NCBI GenBank assembly: GCA_031430855.1
Contig: JANPCG010000003.1
Span: 1 to 47,759, forward strand
DNA from: Candidatus Kaiserbacteria bacterium
Lineage (GTDB): Bacteria; Patescibacteriota; Minisyncoccia; Phycocordibacterales; UBA918
DNA length: 47,759 nucleotides
Direction: 5' to 3'
Position 1 is the stretch's first letter, and each line of letters starts with the position of its first letter. The translations under genes were made by a program, and so were the position numbers. This document shows, in pieces, positions 9,965-19,868 of the stretch. The notes beneath the pieces are model-generated. The model did no database searches, was not told the origin of the DNA, and worked only from the letters and a program-made list of their open reading frames with translations.

Positions 9965-11529
9965 TTCGTATTTTAATTTTTGTTCTATTTTCGTTTGTGT
10001 ACGGTGTGCTGCCAGGGCATGTGCTCGCTGCTGCAGTGGGGGATTCTTTTATTATCAGCAGCTTTGTTGGTGTGGATCTCAATCCGCCCACAACACCAAT
10101 ATTGCAGACTGTAGTACCGGTAGCTCCGACGCAAATAAATCTCGCGTGGCTCCCTTCAACCGATGATGTGTTTTTGATGGGGTATCGGGTGTATCGAGAT
10201 GGATTGCCAATTGCAACAACGACGCTCACCACTTTTTCTGATACGGGACTCTCACCTTCAACGACGTATAATTACACTGTCGATGCGTATGACAATTACG
10301 GCAATGTCTCTTCCTCTTCGGCAATGCTCGCAACAACAACGTTTGCGTTGCCTATACCACCCGCGACGACAACACTGGCGACCTCTTCAAGTTCTGGAGG
10401 GGTATCGTCGGTTCCGACGCTCCGCGTAATGACGGTTACACCTGACCGCATATCAGCTCTCATACAGTGGCAAACCTTCGGTCCAACTCGATACACTATT
10501 AGCTGGGGAAGAACATCAAATTATGAAATGGGAACAGTGAGCAGTAATGTGTTCGAGCAGCAGCATCAAACAACGCTGACTGATTTGGAGCCGGGGACGC
10601 GTTATTTCTTTCAGGTTACTGCTATCGACGGGAGGGGAGTATCGCGGGTAATTGCAACTGATTCGTTCACTACCATTGCGCAGGTGTCAACGAATAGTCC
10701 TGTGAATGTTCGATTATTCTCTGCTTTGGTGCGGGAGAGTGATGTTACCCTCCGTTGGGAAAACCCAGAACCACTTGATGGGGTGGTGCGAATCGTACGC
10801 AGCCATTTATTCTATCCGCAATCCCCTCAAGATGGTGCCTTGATTTACGAGGGAACCAATGAAGGGGTAACCGATATTAGTGCACTTTTGAATCGGTCGC
10901 CACAATTCTATACTGCGTTTATTATCACACCCGAAGGGTTAGTCTCCTCTGGTGCAATTGTTCGTGTTGAAAGGAAAGAAGCGGCTGAAGTGACACCACC
11001 TTTGGTAGATAACGAGTCACCTGAGCCTGAGTATCAAGAGTCGGGTGAGGTAACAATACTACGAGCAACTGACGTCATTATTGCCCAAGGCGTACATATC
11101 TGGCGTATGGATACGCTGCTCACGCTTGAGGCTCACACGGAGACATTAATTCGGATACCGGTAGACCGAGTAGTCAGGAACTTAAAATCAATCATTGTCT
11201 CACTCGAAAGTCCGACTGACCAACGTCAGGTCAGTAGTTATCTGTTAAAATTAAACCAATCGGGTGATGCCTATGAGGCTTTAGTTCCCGCCCCCTTGGT
11301 CGTGGGACGGGCGCGACTCACGGTAGAAGTATTTGACTATACCGAAGAAACCGTACGGCGGATCTCAACCATGATTACCTTTACTGATGAAGTAAATTCT
11401 AATGAATCAATATCAACGTCGGAAATATACCGCTGGCTGATCATTCTTATGGTGGGTGTGGTTGGGGTTCTCCTATCGTGGTGGTTTTTCCTCTCTAAAA
11501 GAAGAAGGTCAGATGAGGATAACCACTAG
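9961..11529 (+). CDS. Fibronectin type III domain protein with C-terminal membrane anchor
   Basis: Fn3 signatures (INLAWLPSTD..GYRVYRDG..DTGLSPSTTYNYTVDAYD; LTDLEPGTRYFFQVTAID); C-terminal TM then KRRR; ATGA overlap with the previous stop. Confidence 0.8.
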   Translation: MIRILIFVLFSFVYGVLPGHVLAAAVGDSFIISSFVGVDLNPPTTPILQTVVPVAPTQINLAWLPSTDDVFLMGYRVYRDGLPIATTTLTTFSDTGLSPSTTYNYTVDAYDNYGNVSSSSAMLATTTFALPIPPATTTLATSSSSGGVSSVPTLRVMTVTPDRISALIQWQTFGPTRYTISWGRTSNYEMGTVSSNVFEQQHQTTLTDLEPGTRYFFQVTAIDGRGVSRVIATDSFTTIAQVSTNSPVNVRLFSALVRESDVTLRWENPEPLDGVVRIVRSHLFYPQSPQDGALIYEGTNEGVTDISALLNRSPQFYTAFIITPEGLVSSGAIVRVERKEAAEVTPPLVDNESPEPEYQESGEVTILRATDVIIAQGVHIWRMDTLLTLEAHTETLIRIPVDRVVRNLKSIIVSLESPTDQRQVSSYLLKLNQSGDAYEALVPAPLVVGRARLTVEVFDYTEETVRRISTMITFTDEVNSNESISTSEIYRWLIILMVGVVGVLLSWWFFLSKRRRSDEDNH

Positions 11530-11586
11530 TCCTCTGCGTATATCTCGCGGTATAGTAGGTAATAGTTATCCTCGTAATTTTTAATC

Positions 11587-12603
11587 ATGGCAAAAGTAGC
11601 AATCAATGGATTTGGACGAATTGGACGAACGTTTTTTAGAATGGCGGTTGATCGGCCAGAGATTGAAATTGTTGCCGTGAACGACCTTGGTGATATCAAA
11701 AACCTGGCCTATCTTTTGAAATATGATTCAGCGTATGGCAGGGCACCTTTTGAGGTGACGGTGGAAGGAAACAATCTCCGGGTGAATGGAAAACTGGTAA
11801 CCTTTGTCCAAGAAAAAGAGCCTAAGAATTTACCGTGGGCTAGCATGGGGATTGATATAGTGGTGGAATCAACGGGCTTTTTCACGAGTTACGAAGGCTC
11901 ACAGCAACATATCACTGCCGGTGCCAAGCGTGTGGTGATTTCCGCTCCGGCTAAAAACAGTACAGACCCGAGCATCAGTGGTGCGACGGTCCTTATGGGG
12001 GTAAACGAGAGCGATTTGAAATCGTGTACGATTAGTTCTAACGCCTCATGTACTACAAATGCTACGAGTCCACTCATAGCGATTTTGAAAGAAACGATTG
12101 GTATACAGAAAGCGCTCCTCTCGACGGTGCACGCATACACGGCTTCGCAATCACTCGTTGATGGTCCAAAGAAAGATTTTAGGGAAGGTAGAGCTGCTGC
12201 ACTTAACATTGTACCAACGAGTACGGGTGCCGCCATTGCGACAACGCTTGCCCACCCAGAACTGGTGGGTAAGTTTGATGGAATTTCACTCCGGGTCCCG
12301 GTCCCGGTTGGTTCGATCGTAGATGTGACATTCCTCGCGAGCAGGCCCACAACCGTAGAGGAAGTGAATGCTGCTCTCGTGGCAGCTGCTGCCTCTCCTC
12401 GTTGGAAGAATCTTTTTGCTACGACTGATGAACAGCTCGTGTCGACTGATATTATCGGTGCGCGCTATGCCTCGATTGCTGACCTTGCGTTCACTCGAGT
12501 CGTGGATGGAGATTTAGTGAAAGTAATGGCCTGGTACGATAATGAAACGAGCTACACGCATACTTTGGTCGAGCATGTAGCAGCTGTTGCTGGTATTCTC
12601 TAA
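11587..12603 (+). CDS. gap: Type I glyceraldehyde-3-phosphate dehydrogenase
   Basis: AINGFGRIGR, SNASCTTN, AWYDNE motifs. Confidence 0.97.
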   Translation: MAKVAINGFGRIGRTFFRMAVDRPEIEIVAVNDLGDIKNLAYLLKYDSAYGRAPFEVTVEGNNLRVNGKLVTFVQEKEPKNLPWASMGIDIVVESTGFFTSYEGSQQHITAGAKRVVISAPAKNSTDPSISGATVLMGVNESDLKSCTISSNASCTTNATSPLIAILKETIGIQKALLSTVHAYTASQSLVDGPKKDFREGRAAALNIVPTSTGAAIATTLAHPELVGKFDGISLRVPVPVGSIVDVTFLASRPTTVEEVNAALVAAAASPRWKNLFATTDEQLVSTDIIGARYASIADLAFTRVVDGDLVKVMAWYDNETSYTHTLVEHVAAVAGIL

Positions 12604-12612
12604 GTCACTACT

Positions 12613-13098
12613 ATGAATCCCCGTACCCTCAAAACCATCTACGTCGCTTCCGACCATGCCGGCTTTGAATATAAGGCGGCAGTACTCGCCTGGCTGTCCT
12701 TTGAGGGGTACACCGTAATAGATGTGGGAGCTACCAGTTTCGATCCGCAGGATGATTTTCCTGACTACATCATGTCAGCGGCAGTCGCGGTCGCGGCAGC
12801 ACCAACGACGAGGGCAGCCATTATATTCGGCGGTTCGGGACAGGGAGAAGCAATGGCGGCGAATCGATTTCCCGGCGTGCGTGCTACCGTTTATTACGGA
12901 GGAAGTGATGATATAATCACTCTTTCTCGCGAACATAACGACGCGAATGTACTCGCGATTGGCGCGCGTTTTATACAGTTAGACGAGACTAAGCGAGTGA
13001 TTTGGTCCTGGCTCCATTTACCAGCCGGAGTTGATGAGAAGTACGCGAGGCGGAATCGAAAGATTGATAGTATCGCACGCAGTAAACGAGACATCTAA
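12613..13098 (+). CDS. rpiB: Ribose-5-phosphate isomerase B (RpiB/LacAB family)
   Basis: SDHAG, GGSGQG, REHNDANVL motifs. Confidence 0.92.
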   Translation: MNPRTLKTIYVASDHAGFEYKAAVLAWLSFEGYTVIDVGATSFDPQDDFPDYIMSAAVAVAAAPTTRAAIIFGGSGQGEAMAANRFPGVRATVYYGGSDDIITLSREHNDANVLAIGARFIQLDETKRVIWSWLHLPAGVDEKYARRNRKIDSIARSKRDI

Positions 13099-13105
13099 TA
13101 GATAA

Positions 13106-13771
13106 ATGATATCTTCACCCATTGTTCCGGCTTTTATTCCAACTTCGGTCGCTGATTTGGCAGCGGCGGTTTTTGCAGTTGGACATGTACCCGAAGTTCA
13201 CGTTGATGTAACTGACGGACAATTTGTCCCGTTCCGCTCGTGGCCATATATCACCCCTGATTCACCGTTGTCGGCCATAACCATACTTGAACCGTTTGCG
13301 CTTGAGGTTGATTTAATGGTAGCCGAACCACTTCCGGCGGCCGCTGATTGGTTGCGGGTAGGAGCTGACCGTCTGGTGTTTCATGTTGAATCAATTACGC
13401 TTGAGGCATTTATACGATTTGTTGAATCGACACCGATAACGGTCGGTATCGCTGCGAATAACGACACTGCATACGATGTATTGCGCGAATATCTTGCGGC
13501 AGCGGATTTTGTTCAGGTAATGGGTATTGCACACATCGGGGTGCAGGGACAACCATTTGACGAGCGAGCCTTCGCGCGGATTGCATCAATTCAGTCTAAT
13601 TTCCCCCAACTTCCTATCAGTGTTGACGGCAGCGTAAATAGTGAGACCCTGCCGCGGCTGCTTTCGTATCGACTCGAACGATATATTGTTGGCTCAGCCA
13701 TTGTGAAAAGTACTAACCCGGCTGAGTCCTACCAATCTTTTTCAGAATTAGCACGCAGTCAACAGGGGTAG
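13106..13771 (+). CDS. rpe: Ribulose-phosphate 3-epimerase (divergent)
   Basis: HVDVTDGQFVP, FHVE, VDGSVN, VGSAI motifs; pentose phosphate context. Confidence 0.85.
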   Translation: MISSPIVPAFIPTSVADLAAAVFAVGHVPEVHVDVTDGQFVPFRSWPYITPDSPLSAITILEPFALEVDLMVAEPLPAAADWLRVGADRLVFHVESITLEAFIRFVESTPITVGIAANNDTAYDVLREYLAAADFVQVMGIAHIGVQGQPFDERAFARIASIQSNFPQLPISVDGSVNSETLPRLLSYRLERYIVGSAIVKSTNPAESYQSFSELARSQQG

Positions 13772-13811
13772 GGCAAGAAGCACAGGTTGGTTTGCTATAC
13801 TACTACCATCT

Positions 13812-14708
13812 ATGCACTATTTAACGTCAGCTGATGTCACGAAATTAGAATTACAAGCCAACACCATCCGTCAAAGTATTATTGAGATGTTGGTGGAGGC
13901 AAAGTCCGGGCATACTGCTGGACCTTTGGGGATGGCGGATATTTTCACTCTCTTATATTTTGAGGTGTTGCAACATGACCCAAAAAACCCAAACTGGGCA
14001 GACCGTGACCGTGTCATATTATCAAATGGTCACATTTGCCCCGTGCTCTACGCGACGTTAGCACACGCCGGATATTTCCCGGTAGAAGAACTGCTTACGC
14101 TGCGTAAATTTGGGTCACGTCTGCAGGGTCATCCGCACCGTGAGTCGCTGCCTGGACTCGAAACCAGTTCTGGCCCACTCGGGTCTGGTTTGTCTCAAGC
14201 GGTTGGCATGGCGCTCGCCGAACGAATGAATAACCCCTATTCAGCTAAATACTTCTACTGTCTCGCGGGTGACGGAGAATTAAATGAGGGGCAGATTTGG
14301 GAAGCGGCCATGCTCGCCGGGAAAGAGAAACTCCATAACCTCATTCTGATTATTGATCGAAATGGTATCCAGATTGATGGATATACCAAAGACGTGATGC
14401 CGCTTGAACCCTTAGCTGAAAAGTTTGAATCATTTAATTTTGATGTACAAGAAGTGGATGGTCATAATATTCGGAGCGTGAATGATGCGATTGGTAAAGC
14501 ACAGGCAGTCTACGGACAGCCGTCGGTGATTATTGCACACACGATTGCTTCAAAGGGAGTTGATGTCTTTGAACGTGATTTTCGTTGGCATGGGAATCCT
14601 CCAGGTAAAGGTCCTGAGGACCGTGTTCCAAAAAGTGAACAAGCAGCAGTTGCGATGGAGAAATTACGGACGCTCGCCGGGCTTATTAGTAAAAGCGATA
14701 TTTCATAA
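13812..14708 (+). CDS. tktA: Transketolase, N-terminal (TPP-binding) subunit
   Basis: SGH, DRVILSNGH, LQGHP, GDGELNEGQIWEA motifs. Confidence 0.93.
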   Translation: MHYLTSADVTKLELQANTIRQSIIEMLVEAKSGHTAGPLGMADIFTLLYFEVLQHDPKNPNWADRDRVILSNGHICPVLYATLAHAGYFPVEELLTLRKFGSRLQGHPHRESLPGLETSSGPLGSGLSQAVGMALAERMNNPYSAKYFYCLAGDGELNEGQIWEAAMLAGKEKLHNLILIIDRNGIQIDGYTKDVMPLEPLAEKFESFNFDVQEVDGHNIRSVNDAIGKAQAVYGQPSVIIAHTIASKGVDVFERDFRWHGNPPGKGPEDRVPKSEQAAVAMEKLRTLAGLISKSDIS

Positions 14709-14713
14709 GTACC

Positions 14714-15700
14714 ATGTTTGCGTCACATCTTGATCCAAAAGTTGCCGAAGGTAATCCAGACTCAGTACCAACTCGTAATGGGTATGGTGATGGTCTCTTG
14801 GAGGCGGGGAAGCGTGATACGGCGGTCGTTGCTCTCTCAGCTGACCTTACAGAGTCCACAAAAACGCTACCGTTTGCCGAAGCTTTTCCGGAACGTTTTA
14901 TACAAGTTGGCATTGCTGAGCAGAATATGGCGTCAGTGGCTTCAGGAATGGCAGCGATGGGGAAGGTGCCGTTCATTGCGTCGTACGCAATGTTTTCACC
15001 TGGCAGAAACTGGGAACAGATTCGCACCACCGTGGCGTACAATAATGTGAATGTAAAAGTAATTGGCGCTCACGCGGGAATATCAGTTGGACCGGACGGG
15101 GCAACTCACCAGGCGGTAGAAGATATTGCACTGATGCGCGTGATTCCCAATATGGTGGTGATTAATCCGTGTGATGCCCATGAGGCACGTAAAGCTACGT
15201 TGGCTGCCGCAAAATATGACGGTCCGGTGTATATCCGCTTAGGTCGCAGTGATACTCCGGTCGTAACAACGGTTGAGTCGCCGTTTGAAATTGGGAAAGC
15301 AGAATGGTTTTACCGAAAGAATCCCGAACTTAAAAAAACAGTAGGAATTATAGTAACGGGGAATCTGGCATATAATGCACTGTGCGCCGCTGTGGCGCTT
15401 GAAGAAACCGAGATTGGCGCAAGTGTGCTCAATATTGCTACGATTAAACCGCTCGATACTAAAGCTCTTGACGAACTCGCACGCGAACATGATTGTCTTG
15501 TTACGGTTGAGGAGCATCAAATTGCTGGTGGATTAGGTAGTGCGGTGGCTGAGTATCTCTCGGGAGTGTCACCTAAAAAAATTGTCCGCATCGGTATTGA
15601 TGATCAGTTTGGTCAATCAGGTGAGCCGCACGAGCTTTTGGCGCACTACAAATTGGATGTCGCTGCCATCTTTAAGGCTGCGACGGAGGCAGTACATTAG
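14714..15700 (+). CDS. tktB: Transketolase, C-terminal subunit
   Basis: GIAEQNM, GPDGATHQ, VTVEEH motifs. Confidence 0.92.
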   Translation: MFASHLDPKVAEGNPDSVPTRNGYGDGLLEAGKRDTAVVALSADLTESTKTLPFAEAFPERFIQVGIAEQNMASVASGMAAMGKVPFIASYAMFSPGRNWEQIRTTVAYNNVNVKVIGAHAGISVGPDGATHQAVEDIALMRVIPNMVVINPCDAHEARKATLAAAKYDGPVYIRLGRSDTPVVTTVESPFEIGKAEWFYRKNPELKKTVGIIVTGNLAYNALCAAVALEETEIGASVLNIATIKPLDTKALDELAREHDCLVTVEEHQIAGGLGSAVAEYLSGVSPKKIVRIGIDDQFGQSGEPHELLAHYKLDVAAIFKAATEAVH

Positions 15701-15706
15701 TTTGAT

Positions 15707-15744
15707 AAAAAAGACCTATCCCTGCAAGGGATAGGTCTTTTTTT
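15707..15744. terminator. Bidirectional intrinsic terminator
   Basis: aaaaaagacctatccct-gca-agggataggtctttttt between convergent genes. Confidence 0.9.
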
Positions 15745-15754
15745 AATGGTTGGA

Positions 15755-16762
15755 CTAATCTATTTTTCGAGCTTCGTATTCAGCTGGACGGTTCTCGAGT
15801 AGCTCCTCTAAGGCAGTGCGCGAGAGGAGTCCGGCCTGAGCTCCGACATATTGTACTACTGACATTGAGTTGATTGGTCCCCAACTGAGAGCTTCAGCCG
15901 GTGTTTTACCGAGTATTATAGCGGCAGTAAAGGTAGAAGAGAATGAATCTCCGGCTCCCGTGCGGTCAACTGGTGGTGCTGGATCAGGATACATTGGCAT
16001 ATGCCATGATTGACCTTCAGAGTCGGTAACATAGGCACCGTATGGTCCGTCTGTGATAACGGGCATTTTTGGACCCAAGGCTTTCAGCCCGGCGATGAGT
16101 GTCGGGACATGTTGAACGTCAGTTTTTAAAATTTCCTGAGCTTCTTCCTTATTGCAGAAGAAGATTTCCGTTACGGCATAGAGATCTTTTAACTCTTCAA
16201 CGCCTAATTTAATTTGGAAGGTACCTGGTTGAAATACGAGTTTTGTTTCAGGGTGAGCTGTAATATAGTTCGCAAGTTCATGATGAAAGGGTACGCCATG
16301 TTCTCCAATTGAAGAAAAATAGATGTAGCGTGGTGGAACGGCAAACTCAGGTAGTACATACGGAAACTTTTCATGTTTAATCAGAATGGTTCGTTCTGGT
16401 CCGTACCGCAAGACATAATGATAATTGGTGGCTTTTCCTTCGTGCAGTTTAATGTAATCAGTGTCGATACCTTCTTGCCTAAATGTATCGAGACAGTCTT
16501 TACCATTACGGTCCTGTCCGAGGCTTGCCACAAGTGTCGATTTGAGTCCTAATCTATGGGCTGAAACAGCGGCATTGGGTGAATTACCAACGGCATTTAA
16601 TACTGCCACTTCGTCATACGCCAGCTTACTGCCAAAGGGCATATGAAGGGTTTGACGACCCGTATCCATGTCGGTACTAACATCTGCTCCGTCCTTATCT
16701 AATTTAATAAAAGCATCAATGACAATGTCTCCGATTGCCACAAAATCATATTGTTCTGACAT
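15755..16762 (-). CDS. PfkB-family carbohydrate kinase
   Basis: GNSPNAAVSAHRLG, NKEEA, DRTGAGDSF PfkB signatures. Confidence 0.92.
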   Translation of the reverse strand: MSEQYDFVAIGDIVIDAFIKLDKDGADVSTDMDTGRQTLHMPFGSKLAYDEVAVLNAVGNSPNAAVSAHRLGLKSTLVASLGQDRNGKDCLDTFRQEGIDTDYIKLHEGKATNYHYVLRYGPERTILIKHEKFPYVLPEFAVPPRYIYFSSIGEHGVPFHHELANYITAHPETKLVFQPGTFQIKLGVEELKDLYAVTEIFFCNKEEAQEILKTDVQHVPTLIAGLKALGPKMPVITDGPYGAYVTDSEGQSWHMPMYPDPAPPVDRTGAGDSFSSTFTAAIILGKTPAEALSWGPINSMSVVQYVGAQAGLLSRTALEELLENRPAEYEARKID

Positions 16763-16769
16763 ATCTACG

Positions 16770-16778
16770 AGTATAGCA
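16770..16778 (-). promoter_or_regulatory. Extended -10 (TGCTATACT) 7 nt before the PfkB ATG; leaderless-type
   Basis: Minus strand reads TGCTATACT-CGTAGAT-ATG. Confidence 0.6.
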
Positions 16779-16846
16779 TTACCGGCATCACCCTTTCTGT
16801 ACCACCCGTGAGTAGTCGGTCAGTTTTGGGCTCGAAAAGAGAATCA

Positions 16847-16855
16847 TGGTATACT
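16847..16855 (+). promoter_or_regulatory. Extended -10 (TGGTATACT) 8 nt before the rplY ATG
   Basis: TGGTATACT-GAAGGCCT-ATG, no SD. Confidence 0.6.
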
Positions 16856-16863
16856 GAAGGCCT

Positions 16864-17457
16864 ATGACACTTTCATTACAAGTTACCGAAAGAGACGAAA
16901 AGCAATCAACGAAGTCAGTGCGCACGAGTGGCCTTATTCCGGCTGTAGTATACGGACCAAAGCAATCAAGTATGAGTGTAACAATTGATAAAAAAGCCTT
17001 TGACTCTTTATTCAAGCAGGCTGGGGAATCAACAATTATCGTTTTACAAGGTCTAAAAAATCCGGTTGAAGTTTTAATCCACGATGTCGATTTTAGTCCG
17101 ATAAAAGGTGGTATCCAGCACGTAGATTTTTATGCCGTTGAAGCCGGCAAAGAAATTACTACCAACGTGACGTTAGAATTTGTCGGTGAATCACCGGTTG
17201 AAAAAATTGGCGGTATGGTGAGTAAAATTATGCATGAAGTAGAAGTAGTATGTATGCCGAACGTGCTACCGGCACACCTTACTGTTGATATTTCAACCCT
17301 GACTGAAATTGATCAGAAAATTCACGTGAGCGATCTCGTTTTGCCAAAAGGCGTCACTGTTTCAAATGACCCTCAAGAGGTAATTGCACTTACTGTTTCG
17401 GCCGGAGCTGAAGAAGAAGAGGTGGCTCCAGAAGCGGATGCTGCACCTGCAGCCTAA
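16864..17457 (+). CDS. rplY: 50S ribosomal protein L25/Ctc
   Basis: IPAVVYG, HVDFY, IHVSDL motifs; acidic tail. Confidence 0.95.
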   Translation: MTLSLQVTERDEKQSTKSVRTSGLIPAVVYGPKQSSMSVTIDKKAFDSLFKQAGESTIIVLQGLKNPVEVLIHDVDFSPIKGGIQHVDFYAVEAGKEITTNVTLEFVGESPVEKIGGMVSKIMHEVEVVCMPNVLPAHLTVDISTLTEIDQKIHVSDLVLPKGVTVSNDPQEVIALTVSAGAEEEEVAPEADAAPAA

Positions 17458-17520
17458 TGGTAGATACTTTCCGTGTTTACTCAGTAGTTGGTCGTAACGG
17501 TCTGGTATACTAGTCACTCT

Positions 17521-18885
17521 ATGGGACGCAACATTCTTCTATTGATTTTGATGCTTGTGCTTGCCGTACCGCCTTTTACGGTGGCAGCTGAGACTGATGC
17601 TGAGCGGAAAGCGCGACTCGAAGGGGCGCTTCAGCAGGTAGAGCAACAAATTGTCGTTCAGCAACGTTTAGTCGATACCAAAAAAACCGAACGAAAATCG
17701 CTCGAGCGAGACGTCAGTATCATTCAAGGAGAAATTAATAAAGCGCAGCTCGGTATTCAGGCACGAGCGATTGCTATCGCGCAACTCTCTGATCAGATTG
17801 GAGACAAGGTAGTTGTGTTACAAATTCTTGAAGAACGCCTTGCGCGACAAGAACAGTCGCTTGCCGACCTCGTGCGGAAATCAGCCGCTATTGATGATTT
17901 TTCCTTAGTTGAAGTAATGCTAAGTAAGAAAAGTTTTTCTGAGTTTTTTACTGACTATGCTCGCTTTCAGGCTATCAAAGAATCATTAAATGAATCTATG
18001 CGGGTGCTTGATGGGATTCAGCGTGATACCTACGAGCAGAAGTCACTCCTCGAAAGCAAACAAGATACCGAAGCGGAAATGAAGCGTATCCAAGAGCTTG
18101 AAAAAGATGGTATTCAAAAGAAAGAGCAAGAAAAGAAAGAAATCCTTACCACAACAAAAGGGCAAGAAGCGCAGTATCAGCGACTGTTGCAATCTCAGCA
18201 GCAAACTGCCGCACAGTTGCGTAACGCACTCTTTGCACTCTTGGGAGGTGGGGGAGGAATTTCTCTCCCCGACGCGGTCAGGCTCGCACAGTATGCTTCA
18301 GGTAAAACCGGCGTCAGTCCGTCTTTGATTTTGGCGATTCTCGAACAAGAAACAAATCTGGGTTCAAACTTAGGATCTTGTGTCTATAATGATATGCGTG
18401 GTGATCGACCGGTGATGCATCCTGATCGTGATCAGCCTATCTTCCTTGGGATTGCCGGAGTTCTCGGCTTTGACGCTCGTGCTCGTTCAGTATCATGTCC
18501 GTTAATGCGGGGAGGGGTGCGTACAGGGTGGGGTGGCGCTATGGGGCCGTCACAGTTCATCCCTTCCACCTGGGCAATTTACGGCGGTATTGTAAACACG
18601 GGTAGCGGATGGACCTATAGTCAATCAGCTGATGCCATCCGTCGCATTAATCCCGGGAGCACTCCGGCCAATCCGTTTAACAACCAGGATGCCTTTCTCG
18701 CAACCGCCTTATTACTGCGAGACAATGGAGCGGCCGGAACCTACGCGTCAGACCGTGTAGCGGCCTTGCGCTACTATGCAGGATGGGGAGGAGCAACAAA
18801 TCCAGCGAACGCGTTTTATGGTGATGGGGTGATGAATCGGAAGGCCAAGTTTGAAGGCCAAATCCGAGTATTATCTGGAGGGTAG
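17521..18885 (+). CDS. Secreted coiled-coil (PcsB/CwlO-like) plus lytic transglycosylase domain protein
   Basis: Signal peptide, long coiled coil, LAILEQETNLG catalytic Glu, GAMGPSQFIPSTW motif; ATG 17521 follows TGGTATACT. Confidence 0.8.
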   Translation: MGRNILLLILMLVLAVPPFTVAAETDAERKARLEGALQQVEQQIVVQQRLVDTKKTERKSLERDVSIIQGEINKAQLGIQARAIAIAQLSDQIGDKVVVLQILEERLARQEQSLADLVRKSAAIDDFSLVEVMLSKKSFSEFFTDYARFQAIKESLNESMRVLDGIQRDTYEQKSLLESKQDTEAEMKRIQELEKDGIQKKEQEKKEILTTTKGQEAQYQRLLQSQQQTAAQLRNALFALLGGGGGISLPDAVRLAQYASGKTGVSPSLILAILEQETNLGSNLGSCVYNDMRGDRPVMHPDRDQPIFLGIAGVLGFDARARSVSCPLMRGGVRTGWGGAMGPSQFIPSTWAIYGGIVNTGSGWTYSQSADAIRRINPGSTPANPFNNQDAFLATALLLRDNGAAGTYASDRVAALRYYAGWGGATNPANAFYGDGVMNRKAKFEGQIRVLSGG

Positions 18886-18892
18886 AGTTGGC

Positions 18893-19003
18893 TTTCAAAA
18901 ATGCTTAATTACTGCGTTGCCTGCGTCGCAATGATACTCACCGTACGAAAAGTACGGCTCGCACCATTACTCCTGGTCGCCTTGTACTGAAGCCTTTTTG
19001 AAA
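18893..19003 (-). repeat. Dispersed structured element, copy 1
   Basis: TTACTGCGTT..TCACCGTAC-gaaaa-GTACGGCTC..GCCTTGTACTG inside outer IR tttcaaaaa/tttttgaaa. Confidence 0.8.
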
Positions 19004-19107
19004 CCCCTTCGAACATTTGGGTAGCCTACTGACAGTACTGGACCCTGAGTTTGCAGACGAATTTGAGAACCTATCTGTGGCTTACTAGGATACTGCAAAA
19101 AATTGTT

Positions 19108-19461
19108 ATGAAATATTGGATTAATAGATTGTCCCATCCATTTCGAGGTCTTAAATATGCATTTACCCTGGACTTTGCTGTCCGTTCTGAAACCATTATT
19201 TTTGGAATTATTGGTATTCCGGCTGCGTATTTTTTGTTTGGACCACTTTCTAATCTCGAACTCTTGCTACTTATATTTTGCTGGTTTTTTATCGTTGTGA
19301 CTGAAATCCAGAATACAGCTATTGAAATCGCGTTAACTAAGCTGCATCCAGAACTCGATGAAGCAATTGGACGAAGTAAAGACTTAATGTCAGGAGCAGT
19401 AGTCTGGACGTTTATATTTGGTCTTATCGCGCTGGGGTTTATTTTATTCGGGAAGTTATAG
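19108..19461 (+). CDS. dgkA: Diacylglycerol/undecaprenol kinase (DgkA family)
   Basis: EIQNTAIE and SKDLMSGAV motifs; three TM segments. Confidence 0.85.
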   Translation: MKYWINRLSHPFRGLKYAFTLDFAVRSETIIFGIIGIPAAYFLFGPLSNLELLLLIFCWFFIVVTEIQNTAIEIALTKLHPELDEAIGRSKDLMSGAVVWTFIFGLIALGFILFGKL

Positions 19462-19535
19462 TGGATTTTACGTCTTATCTTGCCAAAAATAGTAAGTCTG
19501 CTATAGTGTTGGACAACAAACCTTAACTTATATAT

Positions 19536-19793
19536 ATGAAAGCTGAAATTCACCCACAAAACTACCGAACGGTCATTTTCCACGATAACTCAAGTGGTGA
19601 ACGGTTCTTAATTGGTTCAACTATTGAAACCACTAAGACTGAGAAGTGGACTGACGGAGTTGAATACCCAATTGCCTTTGTTGACGTTTCAAGTGCATCA
19701 CACCCATTTTATACCGGACAAGAAAAAGTAATGGATACTGCCGGTCGAGTAGAACGCTTCAAGACCCGCGCTGGTAAGGCTCGAAGTAAGTAA
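19536..19793 (+). CDS. rpmE2: 50S ribosomal protein L31 type B (no Zn-binding Cys)
   Basis: [23 protein letters not shown]. Confidence 0.95.
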   Translation: MKAEIHPQNYRTVIFHDNSSGERFLIGSTIETTKTEKWTDGVEYPIAFVDVSSASHPFYTGQEKVMDTAGRVERFKTRAGKARSK

Positions 19794-19804
19794 TAATGCT
19801 AAAT

Positions 19805-19843
19805 CACGAAACGGCTACCGCATTTCGCGGTAGCCGTTTCGTG
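19805..19843. terminator. 17-bp hairpin after rpmE2, abutting the prfA extended -10
   Basis: cacgaaacggctaccgc/gcggtagccgtttcgtg; no T-tract; followed by gtatagt. Confidence 0.45.
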
Positions 19844-19868
19844 GTATAGTTCAGCCACCTATATACGT

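Noticed and set aside
18893-19003. Dispersed element as an integron attC site
   Set aside because: No RYYYAAC/GTTRRRY ends, no cassette array, no integrase, and the neighbours are core genes.
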